Shown here: piece by piece, positions 8,038-16,537 of the stretch
How positions within the stretch are numbered: position 1 is the first letter of the stretch
How the letters are laid out: every line of letters starts with the position of its first letter
Assembly: GCA_051652765.1 (NCBI GenBank)
Contig: JBOFUV010000025.1
Coordinates: 1 to 16,971, forward strand
Direction: 5' to 3'
DNA from: Microcoleaceae cyanobacterium
Lineage (GTDB): Bacteria > Cyanobacteriota > Cyanobacteriia > Cyanobacteriales > Microcoleaceae
Length of the DNA: 16,971 nucleotides
Program-made: the position numbers and the translations under genes
Notes under the pieces: model-generated
Database searches by the model: none
What the model was told of the DNA's origin: nothing
The model's input: the letters and a program-made list of their open reading frames with translations, nothing else

Positions 8038-9324
8038 ATGGCTATTTCAAGAAGTGGGCTTGTTGTTAGTGTGACCGCAGTGGTATTGACCGCAGTTGCG
8101 GTGGCAGGTGCGGGCATTCATCTTTCTAGTCAAGCATCCTTTCGAGAGAGTCCCAAGGAACTAATCGACGAGGTTTGGCAGATTATTGACCGGAGTTATG
8201 TCGATGGGACATTTAACCAAGTTGATTGGAAAGAAGTTCGTACGGAGTATCTGAATCGCAACTATACCAGCGATGAGCAAGCGTATGAAGCCATTCAGGA
8301 AATGCTTTTAAAGCTGGAAGATCCCTACACGCGCTTCATGAACCCAGAAGAATACAAGAATATGCAGATTGATACCTCTGGAGAGCTGACCGGGGTTGGA
8401 ATTCAGTTGACTCAAGATGAGGAAACCAAGAAGCTGATTGTGATTGCTCCGATTGAAGATTCCCCTGCGTTTGATGCGGGGGTTCACGCTCAAGATATTA
8501 TCCTCGAAATTGATGGGCAGAGCACCAAAGGCATGGACATCAACGATGCCGTTAATTTGATTCGGGGGCCAGTGGGAACGAAAGTAATGCTGATCATTCA
8601 GCGGGGAGACCAGCAGCTCAAGTTCCCCATCACTCGCGCTAGAATTGAGGTTCATCCGGTTCGCGCGTCCAAGAAGCCCAGTTCGATTGGAGAAGTTGGC
8701 TACATCCGCCTCAATACCTTTAGTCAAAATGCCGCCGAAGAAATGCGAGAGGCCATTGATAGTCTAGAAACCCAAAATGTTTCTGGGTATATTCTGGATT
8801 TGCGGTCTAACCCCGGTGGGTTGCTGTATTCCAGTATTGAAATTGCTCGGATGTGGCTGAATAATGGGGATATTGTCTCTACGGTGGATCGTCAAGGAGA
8901 GATTGATCGTCAGAAAGCCAGCAGTCGTGCTTTGACGGATAAGCCCTTAGTCGTGCTGGTGGATGGGGGTTCTGCTAGTGCGAGTGAGATTTTATCAGGG
9001 GCACTCCAAGATAACAAACGGGCAACACTAGTTGGAACAAAGACTTTTGGCAAGGGGTTGGTGCAGTCTGTGAGACCTGTTGGGAATGGTTCGGGTCTAG
9101 CAGTTACGATTGCAAAGTACTTTACTCCCAGTGGTCGAGATATTAATAACGAAGGAATTCAACCTGACATTAAGATTGAGTTGAGCGAAGCACAGCGAAA
9201 TGCATTGCGCGAGAGCAGAGATAAAATTGGTACATCTGAAGATCCTCAATACTCTAAGGCTTTAGATATCTTGTCGAAGGAAGTCGCGGCCAAACGAGGC
9301 AATCAAGCCAAAACTTCAGACTAA
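8038..9324 (+). CDS. ctpC: Carboxyl-terminal processing protease (S41A peptidase with PDZ domain), CtpC-like, 428 aa
   Basis: N-terminal signal/TM segment; DPYTRFM; PDZ GELTGVGI; LDLRSNPGG; catalytic Ser in DGGSASASEILSGALQD and Lys in TFGKGLVQ. The N-terminus (GLVVSVTAVVLTAVAVAGAGIH...SPKELIDEVWQII) recalls the CtpC paralogue rather than the D1-processing CtpA. The paralogue assignment is less certain than the family. Confidence 0.88.
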   Translation: MAISRSGLVVSVTAVVLTAVAVAGAGIHLSSQASFRESPKELIDEVWQIIDRSYVDGTFNQVDWKEVRTEYLNRNYTSDEQAYEAIQEMLLKLEDPYTRFMNPEEYKNMQIDTSGELTGVGIQLTQDEETKKLIVIAPIEDSPAFDAGVHAQDIILEIDGQSTKGMDINDAVNLIRGPVGTKVMLIIQRGDQQLKFPITRARIEVHPVRASKKPSSIGEVGYIRLNTFSQNAAEEMREAIDSLETQNVSGYILDLRSNPGGLLYSSIEIARMWLNNGDIVSTVDRQGEIDRQKASSRALTDKPLVVLVDGGSASASEILSGALQDNKRATLVGTKTFGKGLVQSVRPVGNGSGLAVTIAKYFTPSGRDINNEGIQPDIKIELSEAQRNALRESRDKIGTSEDPQYSKALDILSKEVAAKRGNQAKTSD

Positions 9325-9349
9325 AAACTCCAAGCTAGAAAGTGACATT

Positions 9350-9931
9350 GTGATTTTTTCCGTCATAGCCTTAATTCTGGCTGGGGGCCAGAGTTCCCGT
9401 ATGGGTCAAGACAAGGCCCTGGTTTTGTTTCGAGGCCAGCCTTTGCTGCGAACCGTGTATGATGTGGCCGCCATCTGTTGTGAAACCATAGCTCTATTAA
9501 CCCCTTGGCCAGAACGGTACGTTGGAATCTTGCCGGAGAACTGCCAGTTTTTAGTCGAATCCTGTCCTAGTCAAGGGCCGTTATTGGCTTTAGCCCAGGG
9601 TTTAGGAAAAATTGAGGCGGATTGGATTTTGCTGTTAGCCTGTGATCTGCCGTTGTTAGAGTCCAAAGTCCTGCAAACTTGGATAGAGCAGCTTGCCCAA
9701 GTTCCTGAATCTGTTCTAGCTGTTGTCCCTTGGCAGACTTCTGGTTGGGAGCCGCTTTGTGGGTTCTACCGATCCACTGCCCAGGAAAACTTGCGGCGAT
9801 TTATTCAACAGGGTGGGAACTCCTTTCAGATATGGTTATCCCAGATTCCTACTCACCCGTTGCCGATTGATCCAGTAGTGGCCCCAATGCTTCGAAATTG
9901 CAATACACCTGAAGACTTACTGTCGCTCTAG
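9350..9931 (+). CDS. mobA: Molybdenum cofactor guanylyltransferase, 193 aa
   Basis: LILAGGQSSRMGQDKA, QGPLLAL, LLLACDLP, WEPLCGFY, NCNTPEDL. GTG start 25 bp after the ctpC stop. Confidence 0.92.
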   Translation: MIFSVIALILAGGQSSRMGQDKALVLFRGQPLLRTVYDVAAICCETIALLTPWPERYVGILPENCQFLVESCPSQGPLLALAQGLGKIEADWILLLACDLPLLESKVLQTWIEQLAQVPESVLAVVPWQTSGWEPLCGFYRSTAQENLRRFIQQGGNSFQIWLSQIPTHPLPIDPVVAPMLRNCNTPEDLLSL

Positions 9932-9962
9932 TTCAACCCCTACTTCCAACTGACACCTGAAG

Positions 9963-10035
9963 GATTAACGTAGACTTCAACACCGTCAGCAACAACAGTC
10001 GTCCTGACAAAGTAGGGCAAGCGGGTTCTTGACTG
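9963..10035 (-). other. Eroded integron attC-like recombination site
   Basis: Minus strand: AGTCAAG-AACCC-GCTTGC ... GTCAG-gacgactgttgttg-CTGAC ... TGAAGT-CTAC-GTTAATC. This gives degenerate R''/R' boxes, an L-box pairing CTT(G)C/GAAG with an extra G, and an internal hairpin. It starts a few bp after the stop of the toxin remnant. Confidence 0.35.
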
Positions 10036-10041
10036 CGTCGG

Positions 10042-10195
10042 CTAGAGAAACAAAATTGCTCACAGTCCCTTCGTCTACTTCTTCTTGTAGATGTTCTGGT
10101 AGCGTTCCAACACGCTTCCCTAAAAACCTGTTATGAACAGTAAACATCCGAGATACGCTAGCAATACAATCTTTTGGCAAACCTACAGCCTTTAC
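10042..10195 (-). pseudogene. 3' remnant of a MazF/PemK-family endoribonuclease toxin gene
   Basis: Reads KAVGLPKDCIASVSRMFTVHNRFLGKRVGTLPEHLQEEVDEG, resembling the PemK C-terminal pattern GLPKDSVANVSQIxTVDKxxLxxRxGxL. Removing one base after EG gives CTG TGA GCA ATT TTG TTT CTC TAG (L*AILFL*), consistent with an ancestral LRAILFL* carrying a CGA>TGA change. The N-terminal half and the antitoxin are absent. Confidence 0.7.
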
Positions 10196-10240
10196 AATTA
10201 ACTAGTCAAACAATTAACTAGCCAGACAATTCTAGCCAAG
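10194..10240. repeat. Imperfect 16-bp tandem repeat overlapping the GT4 stop codon
   Basis: acaattaactagtcaa / acaattaactagccag / acaattctagccaag. Confidence 0.75.
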
Positions 10241-11368
10241 GGTGTCCACCATAATTTGATGCATCGTTTTTGCCCAAGCCTCCCAATTTAACCGAGCATC
10301 GTACTCTGCTCTAGAAGAAAGCACAAGTTGTTGATAGCGATCTTTATCTGCAAAGGTTGCAGCGATTAATTCAGCATATTGATCCCCAGAGGCTGAGAGC
10401 GGAAACATATAGCCATTCTTGCCCTCTCTGATGATCGTTGGAATGCCACCGACATTAGTGGTCATCACAGGAATCCCGTAAGCATTGGCTTCGCAGATCA
10501 CAATCGGAGAACAGTCTGCCCGAGTTGGGAAAATTAAAAAGTGAGACTCCAACAGCAATTGACTGAACTGCTGCTGCTCTTGAGGAATATTTTTATTCAG
10601 GAATGGAATCACGTTCAATTTTTCATGCTGAAACTCAGGCGGTGGAACACAACCAATCAGCAACAGTTCTGCATCTACCCCCCGGTCTAACAAAGCCAGA
10701 AGCGTTTCATAGGCGATACTTCCCCCCTTTCGTTGCCAGTCCTTGCCAATGAACAGCAAACGACATTTTGCCGCCTGACACTTCTGCAAGGTATCAGCCA
10801 CGGCAGGCACGATATCTACATTGGCCCCTAAAGGCATTACCTTGACCTGAGCCGGATTAGCGCCATAATCCTGTATAGCTGAATTGGCAGCCCATTCGGA
10901 CGAATAAACTAAAGTTTTTGCCTTAGAAATTGCCGTCTGATCCCGTTGAGCTGCTTGTCGGAATTCTGCCTCATCAGAATAGAGTTTGTAAGTTTCGTGG
11001 ATCAACTTTGCCGTTGCATCTGACCAATACACAATCGGAATATCTGTCTCAAAAAAACTTAGCTCTTGGGAAGCAACGGGGGCATAGATGAGGTCGCAGG
11101 GAGTCTTCTGAAGCTGACGTTGAACTTTTTGAATAAACTGTTCGTATTGGGCCTGAGGATTTTGATTTTCTTTTGAGAAAACAGAAGCAACTTTCTGGAT
11201 TAACTTTCTAGGCTTTTGCCAGGGAGAAGGGGCTTCTGGACTTCCTAAGTTCACCCAATTCATCTCTGTCGAACTCAACGCTCTGTACATTGTATAAAGT
11301 GTACCTGAGAACGTATTTTTATCGAGGTAGTTCTTAATTGAGAAATACCCAACGCTGATTTTCTTCAT
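10232..11368 (-). CDS. Glycosyltransferase family 4 (GT-B fold), 378 aa
   Basis: RLLFIGKDWQRKGG, FLIFPTRADCSPIVICEANAYGIPVMTTNVGGIPTIIREGKNGY (D-x7-E variant of the GT4 E-x7-E motif), terminal LNWEAWA. Confidence 0.93.
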   Translation of the reverse strand: MKKISVGYFSIKNYLDKNTFSGTLYTMYRALSSTEMNWVNLGSPEAPSPWQKPRKLIQKVASVFSKENQNPQAQYEQFIQKVQRQLQKTPCDLIYAPVASQELSFFETDIPIVYWSDATAKLIHETYKLYSDEAEFRQAAQRDQTAISKAKTLVYSSEWAANSAIQDYGANPAQVKVMPLGANVDIVPAVADTLQKCQAAKCRLLFIGKDWQRKGGSIAYETLLALLDRGVDAELLLIGCVPPPEFQHEKLNVIPFLNKNIPQEQQQFSQLLLESHFLIFPTRADCSPIVICEANAYGIPVMTTNVGGIPTIIREGKNGYMFPLSASGDQYAELIAATFADKDRYQQLVLSSRAEYDARLNWEAWAKTMHQIMVDTLG

Positions 11369-11506
11369 AAGAATAGAGTTGTATCAGTTTTTAATGAAAT
11401 GACGTATAAACGGAAGTCCCACGGGGGAAGTATCTCTACAAAGAGGTGCTGCCCCAATTCTCGCATCGGTCAGTCGTGATTTAGTAACGTGATTAGCGCC
11501 ATGACG

Positions 11507-11622
11507 TTAAGTAGGCGTGATTCAGTAGAAGACCCCTGTAATTCCCCTTGGTAAGGGGGACAGCGATTACCGGGGGTTAGGCAAAGGCTTTATGTTCAAA
11601 TTGATTGATTCCATTTACTTAA
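11507..11622. mobile_element. Second MITE-like / REP-like dispersed element (116 bp)
   Basis: Terminal inverted repeat TTAAGTA (11507-11513) ... TACTTAA (11616-11622) with degenerate inward extension. Internal hairpin CCCCTT-ggt-AAGGGG (11544-11558) followed by GGGGGTTAGG, resembling cyanobacterial CCCCCTT..AAGGGGG repeats. Confidence 0.45.
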
Positions 11623-11645
11623 CTCTAGAACGCCAACTCTAGAAA

Positions 11646-12455
11646 CTACCAACTATAACGACAGCCCAAAAGATCGTAAAGCTCTTCATTAAAGGGTAAA
11701 AAGTAAGTTTTTAGCTGATCGATGATGACTTGATCGGCATCAGCTTTCTCATATTTACCAACATTATGTTTCTTTTCTTGCAACTGCTCAATTTGGCTAG
11801 GTGAGAATTGCTGAATTCCTAAAAATTCACAGACTGAGGTTAGAGTTGAAGACAGATCTTTGTGGAGCTGATCCATGCTCAGAACCAGGATATTATCTCG
11901 ACTAAAGTACTTGTAATAGTTCTTCAGTTGATCAGCGTATTTGCCTCGATTAACATAATCAAAAGGATAGTCTGTATGACCGGAGTCATTCAATTCTTGA
12001 TCAACAGCATCAGCAAAGCTTCTCTCATCGGCAATGTCTCTTAAATGCTGATGGGGATTATCAGAAAAACTATGATACATCTGCCATGCTGAGTAAGCTC
12101 GCTTCGCAGGGTCTCTCAAGACCGCGATCATTTTAATATTGCCAAGATCTTGCTGAATTCGCTGAGGAATGTAATCAAAATACAGGTAACTAGGAGAAGC
12201 ATCAAAGGTCAACCGATTGCCTTTTTTGAGCTTAGAGGGGAAGTTTCCTAAATACCAGCTCAACCCTTGACTATAATTTTCAGGCAAGTCAAAATATCGA
12301 ATCTCTTTCCAGGATTTATTCTCTAGAATTTGGGGATGCTGAGTGAGATAACGATATAGAGAAGTTGTTCCCGCTTTCTGTGCGCCAATCACTAAGAAAT
12401 CCGGTTTTGACATTAAAGCCGGGTAAGCTACTTTTTTAATAAATTCCTTAATCAT
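11646..12455 (-). CDS. PAPS-dependent sulfotransferase (heparan-sulfate sulfotransferase-like motifs), 269 aa
   Basis: 5'-PSB loop PDFLVIGAQKAGTTSL, KEIRYFD, DASPSYL, 3'-PB motif LRDPAKRAYS, YVNRGKYADQL. Confidence 0.92.
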   Translation of the reverse strand: MIKEFIKKVAYPALMSKPDFLVIGAQKAGTTSLYRYLTQHPQILENKSWKEIRYFDLPENYSQGLSWYLGNFPSKLKKGNRLTFDASPSYLYFDYIPQRIQQDLGNIKMIAVLRDPAKRAYSAWQMYHSFSDNPHQHLRDIADERSFADAVDQELNDSGHTDYPFDYVNRGKYADQLKNYYKYFSRDNILVLSMDQLHKDLSSTLTSVCEFLGIQQFSPSQIEQLQEKKHNVGKYEKADADQVIIDQLKTYFLPFNEELYDLLGCRYSW

Positions 12456-12536
12456 TGACTGTTTCCTCCTAAGACAATTTGGGGGTGAAAGGTGGGACTT
12501 GAATCTGGGTTTTCGATAGGTTTAGTCGGGCTAGAT

Positions 12537-13418
12537 CTACTGTTTTTGGAGCACTAACCACTCTCTCTGAGCGGCTCCTACAGTTGTTTTAAAATTTTCA
12601 CAGGAGATCTCGGTTCCTAGCCAAGCACCAAGCTGAGCTAAGTCTTGATCAAAGACAGTCTTTAAATACTCTACTCGTTCTGGAGCTAGCTCTGGCTTTT
12701 TCTTCATTGTCCATAATCCCCTCGCCCAAGTTCGGAAATCTTTGGGAATCAATAGCCGTCGAACTTCCCGTAAACCCGGCATCTCAACTAAAAAGTCACG
12801 CCAAGCGCTCTGGCGCATTCGTTCATTCGAGACATTTTGGGCATCCAGTTCAAAGCTCCATTGGGGTTGCCCTGAATACCCAATAAACTGACAAATTCGC
12901 TGCAGTTCCTCCTGAGGAAACTTCAGGACTCTTTCAAAAAAGACGGGCAGAACCCGTTCTTGTCCAAAGACCTCGAAATACGGCTGAAGCTGCATACTAT
13001 AGCGACTGTAGTCAATTAACTCCGGACACTCATTAATGGCGCGGTTAATGTCTGTTGAAATCACCCGCATCGACCATTCATGAACATATTGGGAAACTAA
13101 ACGATCAATCGGATGACGCATCACATAAATTAATTTGACATCCGGTATCTGTTGCCGAATTCGCTCAATCGTTTTTGGATAAGTAGGCAGCTTTGTATAG
13201 TGGGTACTGGATTCGCCCCAAAGGGCCTCAGTTGGTGCTGCTTTGAAATGGGAGAGATACCAATCTGTACCTTTAGCATACTCCTCATCATTACTGAAAA
13301 AATTGGGTTCTTTTAGCTCAGGCATGAAGAGTCCTGGCTGTAAAGCCAACTGTTCATGGAGTGTGCTTGTTGCACATTTCATCGCACCAATAATGATAAA
13401 GTCTGGGTATTTTGTCAT
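12537..13418 (-). CDS. PAPS-dependent sulfotransferase, 293 aa
   Basis: PDFIIIGAMKCATSTL, KEPNFFS, GESSTHY, MRHPIDRLVSQY, YSRYSMQL. Confidence 0.92.
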   Translation of the reverse strand: MTKYPDFIIIGAMKCATSTLHEQLALQPGLFMPELKEPNFFSNDEEYAKGTDWYLSHFKAAPTEALWGESSTHYTKLPTYPKTIERIRQQIPDVKLIYVMRHPIDRLVSQYVHEWSMRVISTDINRAINECPELIDYSRYSMQLQPYFEVFGQERVLPVFFERVLKFPQEELQRICQFIGYSGQPQWSFELDAQNVSNERMRQSAWRDFLVEMPGLREVRRLLIPKDFRTWARGLWTMKKKPELAPERVEYLKTVFDQDLAQLGAWLGTEISCENFKTTVGAAQREWLVLQKQ

Positions 13419-13473
13419 AGTCTCAGGGAGTTAACGTAGCTTTGACAAAGACATCGGGCTTCTGAATCAACTC

Positions 13474-14430
13474 TCATTTCAAACGACTTTGGAAAACCGC
13501 ATTAATTCTTAAAGTAACTTGTTTTTGCCGTTCTTTAGACCCAAACTTCCGAGTTAGGAAATCTTCAATGACTAGGGGCCAGCCCAAGCGTTCCACTCGT
13601 CCTTGGACTTTTCCCCACCAATCCTGAAGACGCAGCCTTTTTTCCAGGCTTGAGGTTACCTCTAAGGCAGGCAAGCCACTTAACTCGTATCCCCGACTTT
13701 CTAACAGATGACTGGCGCGAGATTCGACCAGTTGAATTTCATGCTCAGACAACTTTCGCCGCCACTGGCCAATGTACTTTGGATCAGGTACGGTGTAGTT
13801 GCTAGTTTGGGTATAGTCCAACATTTCAGGCTCGTAGGCAACCCCGATAAATTCACACAACTGGGTGAGGACTTGAGACGGTTCTGCAATTAACCCCTCA
13901 TAAGTAATCTCCACATATCTCTGTTCTGGCAGGTGCTGCTGGAGTTCCTCCCAGAGTGTTTCTGCCTCTAGCCACCGTTCTACCCCAGTCCAAACGTTCC
14001 CCGCCCATCCCATCCCAATACAGGAACGAGCCACATCCCGAGGATCACGAATCAGATGAATAAACCGAGCGTCAGGCCAAATTTGCAGCACCCGATCAAA
14101 ATGGCGGTGAACGGTAGCCCCGATAATTGGTTTATTTTCACTCTCCCGTTTCTGGTACAGAAAACTATTAACGAGTTCTGGATAGGTCAATGTGTGATCA
14201 AGACTAAAACCCGTTGCTCGAAAGACTCGATGAGTTTCTAGCCAATCATAATACTGATTTAGATCAGGCCATTTCCCAGGATGAGAAACCTGATCCACGG
14301 CATACTCAAACTCATTACACCAAGCAATCTTCGAGTGATGCTTTAACATCAGCCTTAGAACTGTTGTCCCAGAACGTTCAGCGCCAACTAAAAAAATTGG
14401 CTCAGGAACAAGTTGATCATCAGCGCCCAT
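13474..14430 (-). CDS. PAPS-dependent sulfotransferase (Sulfotransfer_3 / tyrosylprotein-sulfotransferase-like motifs), 318 aa
   Basis: PIFLVGAERSGTTVLRLML, WPDARFIHLIRDPRDVARS, ITYEGLIAEP, LCEFIG, IGQWRRKL. Confidence 0.92.
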   Translation of the reverse strand: MGADDQLVPEPIFLVGAERSGTTVLRLMLKHHSKIAWCNEFEYAVDQVSHPGKWPDLNQYYDWLETHRVFRATGFSLDHTLTYPELVNSFLYQKRESENKPIIGATVHRHFDRVLQIWPDARFIHLIRDPRDVARSCIGMGWAGNVWTGVERWLEAETLWEELQQHLPEQRYVEITYEGLIAEPSQVLTQLCEFIGVAYEPEMLDYTQTSNYTVPDPKYIGQWRRKLSEHEIQLVESRASHLLESRGYELSGLPALEVTSSLEKRLRLQDWWGKVQGRVERLGWPLVIEDFLTRKFGSKERQKQVTLRINAVFQSRLK

Positions 14431-14523
14431 TACAAGGTTCCTTGAAATTCTTTCACTAGTCTATCTTTGCAAATCAGCCATGTCATTACCGCGCTGGGCG
14501 AAGGAGTGAAAGTCCAGAAAAGA

Positions 14524-15351
14524 CTATCGAGAAATAATTTTTTTAAGGGTTTCTTTGGCTTTTCCGAATAGGGAATTTTCTGAGAATTGTTCTCCAGGTC
14601 GAGTTTGGAATACGGTGGAATGAGCGCCAGAAACCTCATAGGCAGGTCGCCCATTGCTGTAGTAATAAAGTGCTAGAGACTTTCGAGTTCGATCTTCAGG
14701 GCAATTCAGTGCATCAGGATGGCCATGGTATGAAAAGTCTGTGGTATTAAAAATCACACAGCGGTTGAATAGGGGGAGAACTTTCTTTTCACAACCCGCC
14801 ATTTCTGAATCCCACATCTCAAAATAACCACCATACTCCTCTTCCCAATCTTTATTAAGGTAAATTAAAAGGTTGAGTCGGCGATCTAGATTCAATTTCT
14901 TATGCTTGTTGAAATCCACGTGAACTTTCAAGAATCCTCCTCTTTCAATCTGATGTAAACCACCGCCCTTGAGATGAGGATCTGGAATAATACCGTCAAT
15001 TCCTGTCAATTTTTCTAAAAATTCGACAAAGATTGAAGAATTCAACTGGTATAAAAGGAAACGTGTTGCGTCTCCAAGTTGCAATTCTGAAGTGGAACCA
15101 AGCTTCTTAGAATAAGCACCATCAAACTTGCCCCAATTAATCGCATCGGGTTGGGGAAATTCATCCAGAATAGTCTCTAGAACCGATTCTGGCAAAAAGT
15201 TGTCGATAACGATATGAGGATAAGGCTTGGCTTGAATATAGTCCTCGTGATACTGAGTTGCCAAGTGATCTAAATAATCTGGATCAAGGCAGAAAGCAAG
15301 GGTTGAGTTCATAACTTTTTCTTGAGTAGATTGGTAAGAGGCAGATTGCAC
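14524..15351 (-). CDS. 2OG-Fe(II) oxygenase (prolyl-4-hydroxylase-like fold)
   Basis: AKPYPHIVIDNFL, GGGLHQI, HxD motif LKVHVDFN, LNLLIYLNKDW, distal His in SYHGHP, 2OG-binding Arg in RKSLALYYY. The start may instead be the ATG at 15312 (MNSTLAF). Confidence 0.9.
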   Translation of the reverse strand: MQSASYQSTQEKVMNSTLAFCLDPDYLDHLATQYHEDYIQAKPYPHIVIDNFLPESVLETILDEFPQPDAINWGKFDGAYSKKLGSTSELQLGDATRFLLYQLNSSIFVEFLEKLTGIDGIIPDPHLKGGGLHQIERGGFLKVHVDFNKHKKLNLDRRLNLLIYLNKDWEEEYGGYFEMWDSEMAGCEKKVLPLFNRCVIFNTTDFSYHGHPDALNCPEDRTRKSLALYYYSNGRPAYEVSGAHSTVFQTRPGEQFSENSLFGKAKETLKKIISR

Positions 15352-15359
15352 GCAAAAAA

Positions 15360-16277
15360 TTACTGATTCCAGTGAGACAGATCCCGGTTCAGAAATTCAA
15401 CCAGTTTCTGATTGGGCTCCTGAAACTTTTCTAGGAGCATCTGACGAGTTTCATGCAACATTGGTGGGGGAGTGTATTGTTCAGATGTCCAACCCGTGTA
15501 TTTCAGCTTTTTAACAACCTGGTATACTTGATCTTTAATCCCTTTCGGGAGCATCCCTGATATCAAATTCATACCAGCAACTGATTTTAGAGAAGCAGTT
15601 AATTGCTGTTTCACATACCATTCTGGCCGATCACTTGCTGTGTTGGCAATAACCTCACCTGCTTGAGTTAAATCAAGGGTTGGATCAACCCCAATAAAAT
15701 TACAAATTGTGCCCATGACTTCGACTGGTTTTTTGATCAAATCTTCCATCAGCACAGGCAATAACGAGGTCTTAGGAAAAACTTCTAGATATCTTTCAAT
15801 CTGATATGTGTAACAACTACTTTCGACAAATTCAGAACTCTGCTGAATGGCTTCCTCAAACGTTCTGGCTGTTGTTAATTCATTTCTGGCCGCTAGAAAA
15901 TCCGGGTTTTGTTGACTCCCTTTGAAGCGAAATGCATAAAAAGAATAGGCACAATCCACCGGATGTCGCATGATGTAAATCAGCTTGACATTTGGAAGTG
16001 CCTCAGCTAAACGTTCTACTGTCTTTGGATGTCGCTGTAATCTGGAATAAGTCGTTGAGGCTTCGCCACAAACTTGATCGGGTTCAGCTTTCTCAAACAG
16101 GGAACTATACCAATTCATACCTCGAGCGTAATTCTGATCTAGAGAGAAGAAATCAGGCTCTTTCGGCTTACTCATGTACACATGAGGATGACGACAAAGA
16201 TATTGATAAAGTGTTGTCGTTCCTGACTTGGCAGCGCCAATAATAATAAAGTTAGGCTTCTGCATAAAATTGGCCAT
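15360..16277 (-). CDS. PAPS-dependent sulfotransferase, 305 aa
   Basis: PNFIIIGAAKSGTTTLY, KEPDFFS, GEASTTYS, MRHPVDCAYS, C-terminal LNRDLSHW. Confidence 0.92.
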   Translation of the reverse strand: MANFMQKPNFIIIGAAKSGTTTLYQYLCRHPHVYMSKPKEPDFFSLDQNYARGMNWYSSLFEKAEPDQVCGEASTTYSRLQRHPKTVERLAEALPNVKLIYIMRHPVDCAYSFYAFRFKGSQQNPDFLAARNELTTARTFEEAIQQSSEFVESSCYTYQIERYLEVFPKTSLLPVLMEDLIKKPVEVMGTICNFIGVDPTLDLTQAGEVIANTASDRPEWYVKQQLTASLKSVAGMNLISGMLPKGIKDQVYQVVKKLKYTGWTSEQYTPPPMLHETRQMLLEKFQEPNQKLVEFLNRDLSHWNQ

Positions 16278-16537
16278 CCTGACTTATTCTAATGTCAATC
16301 TCTGCTTCCCTCCAGTATCACTAATTGTTTGCTGCCGGGGTGTGATTTGGTGCACATTAGTTCCCCTCTTTTTGAACCAAGAATATGACCATTTTTAAAG
16401 GTTTTTGATGGGGAAGGAGGATTCTTAAAGTTTGGGCTTCCTTCCCATTGCAGCTTGAACGTTCGTGGATTTAACGCTCACAATGAAGCAAAAATCCTTG
16501 AGGTTGTCATTTCTTCACCTGTTTTTAGATGTTGTAT

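Noticed and set aside
3816..8727. Short overlapping ORFs at 3816, 3890, 3901, 3908, 5220, 6210, 6418, 7631 and 8308
   Set aside because: Shadow frames within well-supported genes (GMC, GT2, GTPase, ctpC), with no domain signatures.
9986..10180. 64-aa ORF ending CQDDCCC as a Cys-rich RiPP precursor or metallothionein
   Set aside because: The N-terminal part matches a MazF/PemK C-terminus, and the Cys-rich tail is best explained as frameshift read-through into the attC-like hairpin.
11414..12500. 9-mer AAGTCCCAC upstream of both the GT4 gene (11414-11422) and a sulfotransferase (12492-12500, reverse complement)
   Set aside because: Only two copies in opposite orientations, and I did not see it upstream of the other cluster genes; it cannot be distinguished from chance.
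11862..16243. Short ORFs at 11862, 13243, 13701, 13708, 14056, 14214, 14430 and 15992
   Set aside because: Antisense or alternate-frame overlaps of the sulfotransferase and oxygenase genes, without independent support.
16411..16446. Inverted repeat GGGAAGGA / TCCTTCCC between the RTX gene and the first sulfotransferase as a terminator
   Set aside because: The loop is 20 nt and there is no U-tract after the stem on the minus (coding) strand. It could be an RNA-processing hairpin, but nothing supports that.
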